Position numbers and translations under genes: made by a program
Source of the DNA: a virus
Lineage: Duplodnaviria > Caudoviricetes
DNA: 42,857 nt
IMG/VR virus record: IMGVR_UViG_3300037127_000016
Coordinates: 1 to 42,857 of that record
Reading direction: 5' to 3' (one strand)
The notes under the pieces: model-generated
Told to the model about the DNA's origin: nothing
The model's database searches: none
The model's input: the letters and a program-made list of their open reading frames with translations, nothing else
Shown: positions 17,728 through 26,594 of the stretch, piece after piece
Layout: the number at the start of each line of letters is the position of its first letter
Numbering within the stretch: the stretch's first letter is position 1

Positions 17728-18314
17728 GCCGCCTTGACGAATACGCCGCACTTGAGCAGAGATATCAGGGGGCGCTCGCTCACATTTCTGCCATGCGCGA
17801 GCGCGGCGCAGCATTACAGCAGAGCGAGTTGTCACTGCGACAGCGAGCCTATGACGCTGAACGACGACTGGCCGCCGTGCGGTTGCAGCCTGCGCACTAC
17901 GTCGGGGACATCGTGGCTCGCGATATGCTGGTTATACTGGCCGCTGTGCTGCTGTATTGGCCTCTGACTGCACGCCTGCGCGCCATGCTGGACCATACGC
18001 ACTTTCCCGGAATGTCCCCATTTTGGGATGCCCTCGTGGCCATGCCGCCAATGAGCGATGATGAGGCGCGTGTTGATTACATCGTGCGCTACATCTGCGA
18101 TCGATGGCCCGCCACTTGTGAGAGTCACGTTCTGCAGGTCATCGTCGACATGGTGCTACAACATGGTCTATGCCGGGATTCCGGCCCTGCGAATAGATGG
18201 GCTGGCGAACGCGCTGCGATAAAGCGATTGGTTCTCGCTCACCGAGCAGTTGCGCTGATGGACGAGATTCAGGCTCGATACGCTCGAAAAATCGAAGGAT
18301 TACTTCACGGCTAA
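17724..18314 (+). CDS. Hypothetical protein, possibly DnaB N-terminal/DnaG C-terminal-like helical domain
   Basis: Coiled coil followed by VILAAVLL...L...L....F.....W.AL pattern; GTGA-coupled to the HTH gene. Confidence 0.45.
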   Translation: MSRLDEYAALEQRYQGALAHISAMRERGAALQQSELSLRQRAYDAERRLAAVRLQPAHYVGDIVARDMLVILAAVLLYWPLTARLRAMLDHTHFPGMSPFWDALVAMPPMSDDEARVDYIVRYICDRWPATCESHVLQVIVDMVLQHGLCRDSGPANRWAGERAAIKRLVLAHRAVALMDEIQARYARKIEGLLHG

Positions 18315-18970
18315 TCATCGGTTTCAATGGCGGCAGCTTCCGGCCCATGCAAGGCGCCAAACACGATCGCAGCGATCGCTTTCAGCGCGTCGTACTGAGC
18401 TTGCTGATCGGCCTCTAGCCCCATCGTGTATAGCCCGGTGGTCTCGTCGCGTATCAGGTCGAGCGCATCCCGCATCGTCAGCCTGACAGGCTGACGATGC
18501 GGGATGGCCTCGGGCGTCGGCGTGTGGCGCTGCAACCACTCCAGCTGCTCGTAGGCGCCGACCGACCACCAAGCATGTTCGGCGTTGATGGCCCGTAGTT
18601 TGTCCTCTGCGGCGTTGCGCTGCTGGCGCAACACCGCAGCCTCGTGGCCGACCGCTTCCAACGCTGCGGCAGCGTTTCGAAACGGGCCCGGCTCGGCCGT
18701 CATCTCCAGCCCGGTGACCAGATCGGCCTGCGCGCGCAAGGATTCAACGAGCTGGCGAATGGAAGGCTGCGGCGTCTGCTCGGCGCCGTCGGCGGTGTTG
18801 GCCCGCTCGAGCAGCTTGAGCGCGGTGTGGCGCAAGTGGTCGGGCCCGGCATCCTCGCATAGGGCATCGATGGCCGTCTGGAGGTGCGCGGGGTCAGCGT
18901 GGGTGCGCAGGTTGCGGATCAGGTCCGCGATCTCTGCGCCGGTCAAGGTGGCGGTGGTCTTGGTCTCCAT
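18311..18970 (-). CDS. Hypothetical helical protein
   Basis: GAGG RBS and ATG; strongly GC3-biased codons. Confidence 0.7.
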   Translation of the reverse strand: METKTTATLTGAEIADLIRNLRTHADPAHLQTAIDALCEDAGPDHLRHTALKLLERANTADGAEQTPQPSIRQLVESLRAQADLVTGLEMTAEPGPFRNAAAALEAVGHEAAVLRQQRNAAEDKLRAINAEHAWWSVGAYEQLEWLQRHTPTPEAIPHRQPVRLTMRDALDLIRDETTGLYTMGLEADQQAQYDALKAIAAIVFGALHGPEAAAIETDD

Positions 18971-19002
18971 GGTTTCCTCAGTGAACGGTCAGCGCTCGTG
19001 TG
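18971..19002. repeat. 32-bp direct repeat copy A (hairpin plus RBS)
   Basis: GGTTTCCTCAGTGAACGGTCAGCGCTCGTGTG, 30/32 identical to 20223-20254. Confidence 0.85.
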
Positions 19003-19196
19003 GGGGCACCGGTGGTTTCGGGCTTGGGAATCCAGATCACATATCGTCTACAGCCCTTGCACATGGCTTGCTTGTGCGTCTTGCTCATGCGTTCGGCCCA
19101 GTCGTGCCAGTTGCGATAACCGACGGGCGCTGGCGTGTGCATGTCAGCCAGCGGACACTCGCTCGGTTGAAGGCCGATGCGCGGGATGTTCATCAC
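18978..19196 (-). CDS. Small hypothetical protein
   Basis: HTPAPVGYRNWHDWAE...HKQAMCKGC motif; coupled to the upstream ORF. Confidence 0.6.
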   Translation of the reverse strand: MMNIPRIGLQPSECPLADMHTPAPVGYRNWHDWAERMSKTHKQAMCKGCRRYVIWIPKPETTGAPTRALTVH

Positions 19197-19408
19197 TTAC
19201 CACCAATCTCGACCGCGTCAGCCGGGGCGTTGGCGCTGAACTGTACGCCGATCTGGTCGTCCTGCGTCCACTCGTGATCACCCTCATGCTCGGCTGCCAG
19301 CATGCATGTGACCGACGACTGGTAATACAGCGCTCGGATATGGGCTGGGCTCCACAAGCCGTGTTGCTCTTCCACGTGCTCGGCGCGGTCCTTCCAGCAG
19401 CGGCTCAC
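19193..19408 (-). CDS. Small hypothetical protein
   Basis: GTGA overlaps at both ends; C..L.AEHEGDH motif. Confidence 0.55.
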   Translation of the reverse strand: MSRCWKDRAEHVEEQHGLWSPAHIRALYYQSSVTCMLAAEHEGDHEWTQDDQIGVQFSANAPADAVEIGGK

Positions 19409-20217
19409 TTCACCACCGCGATCCACTTGCTACGGGACTCAACAGAGCGTTGAACCTTGCCCTGAGACTCGGCCACCTCGAGGGCAGCGCGGACAATGGC
19501 AGCGCTGTTGGTCGCCAGATACAGCCCGCCGATGTCGTCGGGGGCGGGAGACAGCTGTGCCAGCTCGTTGCGCAGCGCCGTGGGAGTGCGGCCTACATTG
19601 TGCGGCTTGCCGTCTGAGTCACACAGACCGGCGACCACTGCACGGATCACGTCCGCCTGCAGCGCCGCAGTCATGCGGCTCCAGTTGGGCGACTCAACCC
19701 ACTTGCTAAGTATGTTTGCGCGGTCATTGGCCGCCCCGACGACCGTCGCCAGCCTAGCCGGAGTGACCCGCACACGCTTGGACGCGGCCACCGGCGTCTC
19801 GTCGGCCGCGTCGTAGATGACCTCGCCAGCGGTGGCGTCCGCAACGGCCTCTTGCTGCGCCAGATATGATGCCTGCAGTTTGTGTGCGACGTCCTCGAGA
19901 GCGTCGTCGGACATGTCTGACGGCGTCACCGGCTCCAGCGGGTGTCTGGCCAGGTCGAGCCGGCGCTGCAGGTTGTCGCGCAAGCACAGCAGGTGGTCGC
20001 GCTCCGCTTCTATCAGCTGGAGGCGCTGCTCTTGCCCCGCCAGCTGAGCGCGCACCTGCCGGGCTTCCGCGTGGGCGATTGCCAACGCGCCAGCCTGGTC
20101 GATAAGCATATCGCCCATGGCAGCGGTGATCTCGCTTTGCACCTTGCGGCGTTGCTCGAGGGTTGTGGCGTTGTCGAGGGTCGCCAGGGATTCAGTGATC
20201 GTCGTAAGGAGTGGCAT
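19405..20217 (-). CDS. Hypothetical coiled-coil protein
   Basis: GGAG RBS and ATG; coding-like codon bias. Confidence 0.7.
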   Translation of the reverse strand: MPLLTTITESLATLDNATTLEQRRKVQSEITAAMGDMLIDQAGALAIAHAEARQVRAQLAGQEQRLQLIEAERDHLLCLRDNLQRRLDLARHPLEPVTPSDMSDDALEDVAHKLQASYLAQQEAVADATAGEVIYDAADETPVAASKRVRVTPARLATVVGAANDRANILSKWVESPNWSRMTAALQADVIRAVVAGLCDSDGKPHNVGRTPTALRNELAQLSPAPDDIGGLYLATNSAAIVRAALEVAESQGKVQRSVESRSKWIAVVK

Positions 20218-20222
20218 GGTGT

Positions 20223-20254
20223 GGTCTCCTCAGTGAGCGGTCAGCGCTCGTGTG
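20223..20254. repeat. 32-bp direct repeat copy B (hairpin plus RBS)
   Basis: GGTCTCCTCAGTGAGCGGTCAGCGCTCGTGTG. Confidence 0.85.
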
Positions 20255-20265
20255 TCTCGTGTCTA

Positions 20266-20871
20266 TCAGGTTGCGAAGTGTGCGCGAACATCGGCCAAAG
20301 ACAATGAACGCGAGTGGTGTACTACGTTAGAGCGCGCAATGCTCGCCGCACAAACCTCGGCGGTGAGATCCCACCCGAGAAACTTGCGGCCGCTTTTGCC
20401 ACCCTGGGCAAGCGGAACCGGTTGCAATCTGCTCATGATCGCGGGCGGAATAGCGTGGCTGTGCTTTTCCCACAGGTCCAGTAGCCGACCGTACTCCAGC
20501 CAGTAGAGGCGCTTCTCGCCCTTGTTGCCTTCGCCACGTGCCCGCCACACGAACAACGCGACCACGGCACAGCCACCGATTTGAGCGACCTCTGCAAGGT
20601 GTTCATGCTGGTGATCGGCAAGTCGCTTGACCGTGAAGCCCGGAACCTGGCCCGAGTCCAGGATGGGCATTTGCTTGGCCTCGACTCGTAACGCTCGCCC
20701 TCCTGGTAGAACGGCCACCAGGTCGCACGGCTTGCGCCGCTGAAATTTCATCGTGCGCCCGGTCGGATCCCAGGGTGAATCCGCAATCTTGTGCAGTCCG
20801 CCGACGCCAGCGGCCTGGAGACTCCGCACGAGAATCGGCGTGAGTTCGGCTTCTTTACGCTGTTTCGCCAT
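20266..20871 (-). CDS. Holliday junction resolvase-like PD-(D/E)XK nuclease (RecU/VRR-NUC-like)
   Basis: E...HKIAD...KPCDLVAV...GRALRVEAK...LADHQHEHL...GGCAVV. Confidence 0.72.
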   Translation of the reverse strand: MAKQRKEAELTPILVRSLQAAGVGGLHKIADSPWDPTGRTMKFQRRKPCDLVAVLPGGRALRVEAKQMPILDSGQVPGFTVKRLADHQHEHLAEVAQIGGCAVVALFVWRARGEGNKGEKRLYWLEYGRLLDLWEKHSHAIPPAIMSRLQPVPLAQGGKSGRKFLGWDLTAEVCAASIARSNVVHHSRSLSLADVRAHFAT

Positions 20872-21793
20872 TGCTGTGATATCGATACCGTTGCTTGGAC
20901 GGCCTCGAAATGCGTGTCTCTGGATTCGTTTCCATGTCCGCCTTGAGTGCCGCTCTGATCTCTGCGCGGCGCTCGTCATCCGTTCCAGCGTCGGTGACGG
21001 GCGCGCCCGGTCCACCCTCTGGCCATTTCGCGCTAATGGTTTTCACTGTCAGGCCTTTATCGCTGGCTTGTCGCAGAATTGCTATGGCGACATCGAGAAC
21101 GGTGGTCGCGTCGTCCGGGTGTTCCGCTGGCGGTTCCTCCGAAGTGACCGACTTGCTTGCGAGCGCGACCCGGTCAACGCCCACCATGACCCATGCGTCC
21201 GACGCCTCGACCAACGCGCGCACCGTCGGCGCGTTTACCTCGATACCCTTGTCCATTGCGGACTCGAGCAGGTCGTAGATAGTCACGCCATCATCACCGG
21301 CGTCGGCGACGAGAACGCCGATGGCTTCGGTCAGCTGGCGGATCGTCTCCGCTTTCTCGTCCTCGACGGTCAGCGGAAGTTCGAGATTCGTTTGGCTTTC
21401 CCGCTTCGTAAGCGGCCGGCTGAACTCCTCGACGACCTCGCCGTCTTGACTGCCGCCGACCCTCACCACGACCTTGCGGCCGAGCGGATATCTGGCCTTG
21501 TCGCGATAGTCGTGCCAGATCTCGACGAGGCCCGGTTTTATCTCCTCGCGCATCCGGTTTTCCTCGCGGATGACCTGGGCCTCCTGTCGCGCACGCTTTT
21601 CGGCCTCCTTCGCCGCTTTGAGTTCGGTCGACGCAAGTAGCACCTTTATGGCCGCCGCTTCTTCGCGGGCCAGGGCGTCGTCACTCCTGGCAGCCATCTG
21701 CTCGAGCGTCAGCTGGTAACTCACGTCGCGGGTTTCTTTGCCCTGACTCACACAGTCCTCGCCATGCTTCGGCGGTACAAATCGCTCACTCAT
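20855..21793 (-). CDS. Hypothetical protein (coiled coil plus possible winged-helix domains)
   Basis: GGAG RBS; long ORF with strong codon bias. Confidence 0.7.
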   Translation of the reverse strand: MSERFVPPKHGEDCVSQGKETRDVSYQLTLEQMAARSDDALAREEAAAIKVLLASTELKAAKEAEKRARQEAQVIREENRMREEIKPGLVEIWHDYRDKARYPLGRKVVVRVGGSQDGEVVEEFSRPLTKRESQTNLELPLTVEDEKAETIRQLTEAIGVLVADAGDDGVTIYDLLESAMDKGIEVNAPTVRALVEASDAWVMVGVDRVALASKSVTSEEPPAEHPDDATTVLDVAIAILRQASDKGLTVKTISAKWPEGGPGAPVTDAGTDDERRAEIRAALKADMETNPETRISRPSKQRYRYHSNGETA

Positions 21794-22115
21794 CGTAATC
21801 TCCAAGCGCGTGATCGATATCCCGCGCTGTCAGTTTGGCCTTCGCCAGGTGTTCGTCGCATCCCTCAAGCAGCGCGCTGGTCGGGATTCCCAGGACATAC
21901 GCGATCGGTACCAGCGTCTCGACCCTGGGCGACTGGCCCCGGTTCTCGATGTTCGATATCGACCCCTGTGATGTCCGCCGGAACATCCCCGGACGGCGGG
22001 CGGCCAGTTCGCGCAGCTTGGCGGCGAGCTGGTTCTGTGTGATGCCGGCGGCCATGCGGTAACGCCTCAGGTTGCGCCCGACTATCCTGGCGAGGCTGGT
22101 TGGCTTATTCGTCAC
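21786..22115 (-). CDS. XRE-family HTH transcriptional regulator
   Basis: VGRNLRRYRMAAGITQNQLA...SQGSISNIENRGQSPRVETLVPIAYVLGI; probable GTG start at 22115. Confidence 0.88.
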   Translation of the reverse strand: MTNKPTSLARIVGRNLRRYRMAAGITQNQLAAKLRELAARRPGMFRRTSQGSISNIENRGQSPRVETLVPIAYVLGIPTSALLEGCDEHLAKAKLTARDIDHALGDYDE

Positions 22116-22269
22116 TGAGATATCACACAACCTGAAATCGGGGAATATGTCAAGCGCGAATAGGGACATAGTAGGCGATTGGCGACCAGTAGATTGGGAG
22201 TCAATCTCACAAAACAGCCCCGTAACCCGCTGGTTTTATTGCTGGTCGATAGTCGCGCGGCCGAGTAAC

Positions 22270-22972
22270 TGGCCACGAGCCGATTTTCAGGCCTCGCACA
22301 AGACGAACCCGGGGATTACCGCATCACCCATACTGGGACACCTGTTGCCAGGTGGCGGCTCGTGGCTCGTTGCCAGCTCGGCGTACCGAGTCCAGCTCGA
22401 TCCCTACATCGGAATTCCGCACACGTGTCGTGCCCAGCGTATCAGCGCTGGCGGTCGCATGACCGCGACGTAACGACAGCTGACAATCAAGGGTGTTTCC
22501 TGTTGTCGCTGTGCGCAGTCGCGGTCGACCATGGCTGCACGGCCGTGAGTCGGCCTGATCGCGGGTCGTCCGGGTGAGACGCCCGACCCCATCTTCCGTG
22601 TAAGGTGAAGCTGTGCACTCCCGATCACCATGGGTGGTCGAGATCCCGCTGCCCCGTGTCGCGGGTATTGGCGTGCACGCCGTCGAGAGGGCCACTCCGG
22701 CCCCATGTCGTGGACCGGGTTTGTTGCGGTCCCGGTGCAGTATACGCGCCCCGTTGCGGGCGTTGACGGTCGCCAGTGCGACCATGCGCGTGTGAGTGTG
22801 GGTATCATCGCGGTATCTGCGCGTCCGCGTTTCGGGCTTGGTTCGCGCGCTCGCAGGCCTGGCACGGTCGCCGTGACCATCGCTCGCGCGACCGCCCGTA
22901 CTCGAGCAAGGCCAGCCGAAAAATCTCGCCCCGGCACTGGTGGCAGCGAAGGATCAGGTGCATGGTCTGATC
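22270..22972. ncRNA. Candidate large structured non-coding RNA (~700 nt), strand uncertain
   Basis: No credible ORF. Contiguous hairpins and long-range stems, e.g. 22272-82/22356-66 (11 bp), 22339-54, 22377-90, 22434-51, 22461-69/22518-26, 22714-36, 22768-83 and 22952-72. Confidence 0.5.
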
Positions 22973-23222
22973 ACCTTTGCCTCGGGGGCGTCGGCTGGAT
23001 CACCCGGGCTGGTGGCAGCTGCGATCGCGCGGCTCTCGCCCGCAATCGGTTGATCGTCAGGAGCATCGGCAGCACTAACGGCCATAAAACAAACGAGCAC
23101 ACATAGACGCTGTCCGAATTGGCACCTGCGGATTCGATCTGGGGTGCCGCGACCACGAGGCACACGCCAGCGCCGACGCCCCAGCCGACCACGCCGCCGA
23201 GGACGATGATCGCGGCGATCAT
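22971..23222 (-). CDS. Small two-TM membrane protein (possible holin)
   Basis: Hydrophobic segments MIAAIIVLGGVVGWGVGAGVCLVVA and VCSFVLWPLVLPMLL with a basic tail; ATGA-coupled. Confidence 0.6.
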   Translation of the reverse strand: MIAAIIVLGGVVGWGVGAGVCLVVAAPQIESAGANSDSVYVCSFVLWPLVLPMLLTINRLRARAARSQLPPARVIQPTPPRQR

Positions 23223-23512
23223 CGGTTCACGTGTTCGATGCACGCGATGGCGGTCACCAGTAGTCGGTCGGTTGTTTCTGCGCGCTCGATCTGGTCACCG
23301 GCCACGCCGGCGGCCACGCCGGCGGCCACGTCAGTCTTCCGCCGGCGAAGAAGCGCGTCCGCCAGTGCAGCACCGCGCGCGCCGATGGCGTCCGGGTCGA
23401 GGCCAGCCTCGCGCAGCTGCTGATCGACATCATCGATCGGCGTGCTCCTGTCGAGCGGGTTGCCAGTGTCAGAGCGATCGGGTACGGTCTCGTTATCTTG
23501 TTGCGTTTTCAT
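23219..23512 (-). CDS. Hypothetical protein, 97 aa
   Basis: ATG 9 nt downstream of a promoter-like element; motif VDQQLREAGLDPDAIGARG. Confidence 0.6.
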   Translation of the reverse strand: MKTQQDNETVPDRSDTGNPLDRSTPIDDVDQQLREAGLDPDAIGARGAALADALLRRRKTDVAAGVAAGVAGDQIERAETTDRLLVTAIACIEHVNR

Positions 23513-23521
23513 AGGCCGACG

Positions 23522-23550
23522 AGAGTGGCACCGAGAGGCGCCAAAGTCAA
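23522..23550 (-). promoter_or_regulatory. Sigma70-like promoter
   Basis: TTGACT-N17-CACTCT on the minus strand. Confidence 0.5.
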
Positions 23551-23576
23551 CAGCCCCCGCCCACCCGGGGGCTGTT
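23549..23576. terminator. 11-bp stem hairpin (terminator or operator)
   Basis: AACAGCCCCCG-CCCACC-CGGGGGCTGTT, overlapping the -35 box above. Confidence 0.55.
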
Positions 23577-24184
23577 CCATTTTCGGCGACTGGCGGCGAA
23601 TTCAGCGCGTTTGGCGGACAGTCTGCGCCCTGGTCTGGTGAGAAATATAGCATCCGCAAATAATTTCGCTTGACGAATTCGGCCGATTTATGGCTGGATT
23701 GAAATTGCCGATGAGAGTTACCGAAACACACCGCGGACGACCTGGCGTACTCCGCGCGAATGGCCATTCTGGCCAGCTCTCGTCGGCGCCGGCCGTGGGC
23801 GATGAATCGTCGCCCAGTTCGCAAGAGCATCGGCCACCGCGCGAAGTTCGTGCCTCACACGCAAGGCCGTTCGTGCCTCACGCCCTACGTCGTCAGCCTT
23901 GTGCTGACCTCGCAGGCCCCCCTGGAGGTCAAGCCGTCGGAGGGAACGCCGATGGTAAGTCGCCTGAGATCCTCGGCTCGGTAACTGCCGCAGTCGGAAC
24001 CGGTGCAAGTCCGGTGGGTGGTTCCGGAGTCTGGAGTGCCGGAAGATTTCTGACTCTGTTGACCGGTCGTGTGAAGCACCCTCGCCGACATCAACACCAC
24101 GGCCGAACACCTGATCAGCGAGATGGGCGGCGATGGCGGCGCCGCGTTGATGGAAGCCGGCCTCGAACTGCAGAAGGCTCGAGG

Positions 24185-24790
24185 TCAACGAGCAGTGCGA
24201 ACGGCCTCGACCAAGCGGCGGCGGAAGTGAGCTGGCAGAGTCTCACGAGCGCGCTCTCGAGCAATTTGTTCGAACGGAAACCGGGCGCGTACTCCCTGCC
24301 GGTCGAGCAACCGGAACGCGAGACGCACACGTCGGCCGCCGCGGCCATATCGCCGGAGCACCAACCGCTCACCGGATCGTCGACCGCGACGGAATCGCCG
24401 CGGCATCTTCGACCGCGACACAATGAAGTGCCGGCCCTTCGCAAGCAACTTGCGAGGCCAGCGACCTCGACCGACCACCCGGTTCTTCGTACCGCGCATC
24501 CGCTGCGACGGGACCGCGGTACGAGTTCGCCGGCCACCCACGACCTGGTCGAGCAAGTACTTGCGGGTATTACCAACCACCGCTTGCGGGTTTGGACCCT
24601 TCCTGGATTTTCGCACCCGATAGCCGCGCTCGAGGTGTTTGCGGCGAATCGTGAAGTGCTTACGGCCTGCGTCAACGAGCGCTTGGCGCGCATCGAACGC
24701 GGCGTCATTCAGCGCACGTGACGCCGCGAACTGCATTTGCTTCAACGCGTTGCGAGGAGTTTGGAATTTGAGCCCCATGACCTTGGCCAT
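24185..24790 (-). CDS. Very basic gpZ-like phage neck/tail protein
   Basis: QMQFAASRALNDAAFDAR...YLLDQVVGGRR...RFPFEQIA pattern; start ATG at 24790. The upstream 200 codons of the track ORF do not look coding. Confidence 0.65.
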   Translation of the reverse strand: MAKVMGLKFQTPRNALKQMQFAASRALNDAAFDARQALVDAGRKHFTIRRKHLERGYRVRKSRKGPNPQAVVGNTRKYLLDQVVGGRRTRTAVPSQRMRGTKNRVVGRGRWPRKLLAKGRHFIVSRSKMPRRFRRGRRSGERLVLRRYGRGGRRVRLAFRLLDRQGVRARFPFEQIARERARETLPAHFRRRLVEAVRTAR

Positions 24791-24842
24791 TGTAGGTATC
24801 CTTCTTCTGACGTGTGCCAACCTGATGATCGCATGGTTGTCA

Positions 24843-25070
24843 ATGTCTGTGTCACAGAAAACGGCGCAAATGTCGGCGGTGGCCACGATTTCAAACCGCG
24901 CGATCACGGCGCTGATCAACAGTCGTTTCGACGTCGACGCCGCCACTCGCGACGTCCTCGCCGACCTGGACCATACCGCGCGCGATATATTGATGCGGCG
25001 AGAGGGGGCCAACTTCGACGCCTGGGTGCGCAACCTGGTGAGGCAGCACGCAGAACAGGTCCCCAAATGA
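24843..25070 (+). CDS. Hypothetical protein
   Basis: Short ORF with coding-like codons, divergent from the gpZ-like gene; start uncertain. Confidence 0.45.
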   Translation: MSVSQKTAQMSAVATISNRAITALINSRFDVDAATRDVLADLDHTARDILMRREGANFDAWVRNLVRQHAEQVPK

Positions 25071-25101
25071 GTCGCCTTGGTCGTCCATTTTAGACGATTC
25101 G

Positions 25102-25278
25102 GCGCAAGTTCTGCGCGCAAGTTGTCGTGGCGCGCAGCTACCCACCATTCCCCCGGGCTCCAGAGAGGACCCGCGGCCAGCTTCCCGGCTGGCCTAAAAC
25201 CGAGACATGAGGCCGCAAGTTCGGCCCAGAAGGAGAGCGTTTCATGAGCCATCGCAGCAGACGGATCAAGCGCAAGTG
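25102..25278 (-). other. Putative cos packaging site (cosQ plus cosN plus repeats)
   Basis: Minus-strand GGGTCCT (25166-72) matches lambda cosQ. About 20 nt downstream is a GTGG-N11-CCAC dyad (25127-45). Four CGCAAGT repeats lie nearby. Confidence 0.5.
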
Positions 25279-25495
25279 GAGGGCACAGCGACTGCCCGGC
25301 CAATCCCTCAAGCAATGGGCCTACCGAGCATTCACGATTGATGTGGACGTTTGCAAATGGTTGGAGGTGAAGACCGGCTTTATCTGGTTTTGACACTCAC
25401 TCAACCTACGGACCGCCACCCGTTCACCATGACCCGCTTTCTAGCACCAGCAACCCGGACAGATGGCACTCGTGTGAACAACGAAAGGAATATGC

Positions 25496-26143
25496 ATGAC
25501 CTGGACAATCAGCGAGAAAAACGGTGTAAGCGTATGCGGTCACATCTTCGGCGGCAATCCATACTGGAAGCGTTACCCGTCTGATCAAATCCCGGATGAT
25601 GTACAGCGGGCGCTTGACGTTCAACCCACAGCCGAAATCAGCACGACCGTGGACGAGTTGCGTGCATTCGCATACCGACGTGGCCTGGCCAGGATATGCG
25701 GCCATGTGGTTCAGCTCGTCCACGTCGATGCGTATTGCGCGCACGTCTCACCCGGGGCGTTGGTGATGCGCGTGGTTCCTGATCCGTCGTCGAATGACGT
25801 CCTCACTATCCGCGACGATACCGGGGTGACGATATTCTGTGGATGGGATATCACCGATTGCTCCGATATCAGGATCACTGACTGGGAGCATCGCGAGGAC
25901 GGTTGTACAGGGTTCGGCCCGCTGCCTGTTGCAATGTGGTTCGATGAGAACGGCTATGGTCCCTCGCCGTTCGAGATTTCCATCCTGGGAATCAAAGGGC
26001 GGCGAGAGGGCTCGATCCGGCTGGTCCGCATGGAGTTCCCTGACTTCCCGATCGAGGGTTGCGGTGGCCTCGACGCCGACCAGTTGCGCGCGCTGATTCA
26101 CCAGGCAAAGCAAGCCTTGGCGTGGTTGGAGGGCGGCCAGTGA
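25496..26143 (+). CDS. Hypothetical protein
   Basis: AAAGGA RBS and ATG; 215 aa. Confidence 0.7.
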   Translation: MTWTISEKNGVSVCGHIFGGNPYWKRYPSDQIPDDVQRALDVQPTAEISTTVDELRAFAYRRGLARICGHVVQLVHVDAYCAHVSPGALVMRVVPDPSSNDVLTIRDDTGVTIFCGWDITDCSDIRITDWEHREDGCTGFGPLPVAMWFDENGYGPSPFEISILGIKGRREGSIRLVRMEFPDFPIEGCGGLDADQLRALIHQAKQALAWLEGGQ

Positions 26144-26240
26144 CGATCATGGTGGACAAGTTGCGCAAATGCCGAGGCGAGCATGGCATCGAGCACGTTG
26201 CTGTTGATCTTGGCACCGCTGGATAATGTGCCCTGTGGTC

Positions 26241-26594
26241 ATGGTGGACGATCGCGAACGAGTGCGCCGCATTGTGGCTCATCGGCTCCAGGTGGCGCGC
26301 GAGCGAGCGGGATACACCCAGAAATCCGCGGCTCAAGCGGTCGGCGTATCGGCACACACAATGTATCTCTATGAGCGGACCATTGGCGGAACGGTGCAAC
26401 CTCTGCACCGGCTTGTCGCTTTGGCGGCTTTGTATCGCGTCAGTCTCGACGACCTGGCCGGTACTCGCTCGGCCGTTCACCAGACCCTATTGCGAGCTCG
26501 CGCAGTTGATGCTGAGCTCGGAACTCGCCTTGCCGAAGAACGCACCAGACCCTTGAAACCGGCCGTTGTGCCACCGAGTAAGAAACATGGCTGA
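26241..26594 (+). CDS. XRE-family HTH regulator
   Basis: RLQVARERAGYTQKSAAQAVGVSAHTMYLYE...LVALAALYRVSLDDLAG. Confidence 0.88.
   Translation: MVDDRERVRRIVAHRLQVARERAGYTQKSAAQAVGVSAHTMYLYERTIGGTVQPLHRLVALAALYRVSLDDLAGTRSAVHQTLLRARAVDAELGTRLAEERTRPLKPAVVPPSKKHG

Noticed and set aside
23299-23330. 12-bp tandem repeat
   Set aside because: An in-frame VAAG repeat with no frameshifting potential.
23690-24721. 343-aa plus-strand ORF
   Set aside because: Arg/Pro/Ser-rich composition and antisense to the gpZ-like gene.
24791-25396. N-terminal extension of ORF 24185..25396
   Set aside because: It overlaps an opposite-strand gene and the putative cos site, and does not look protein-like.
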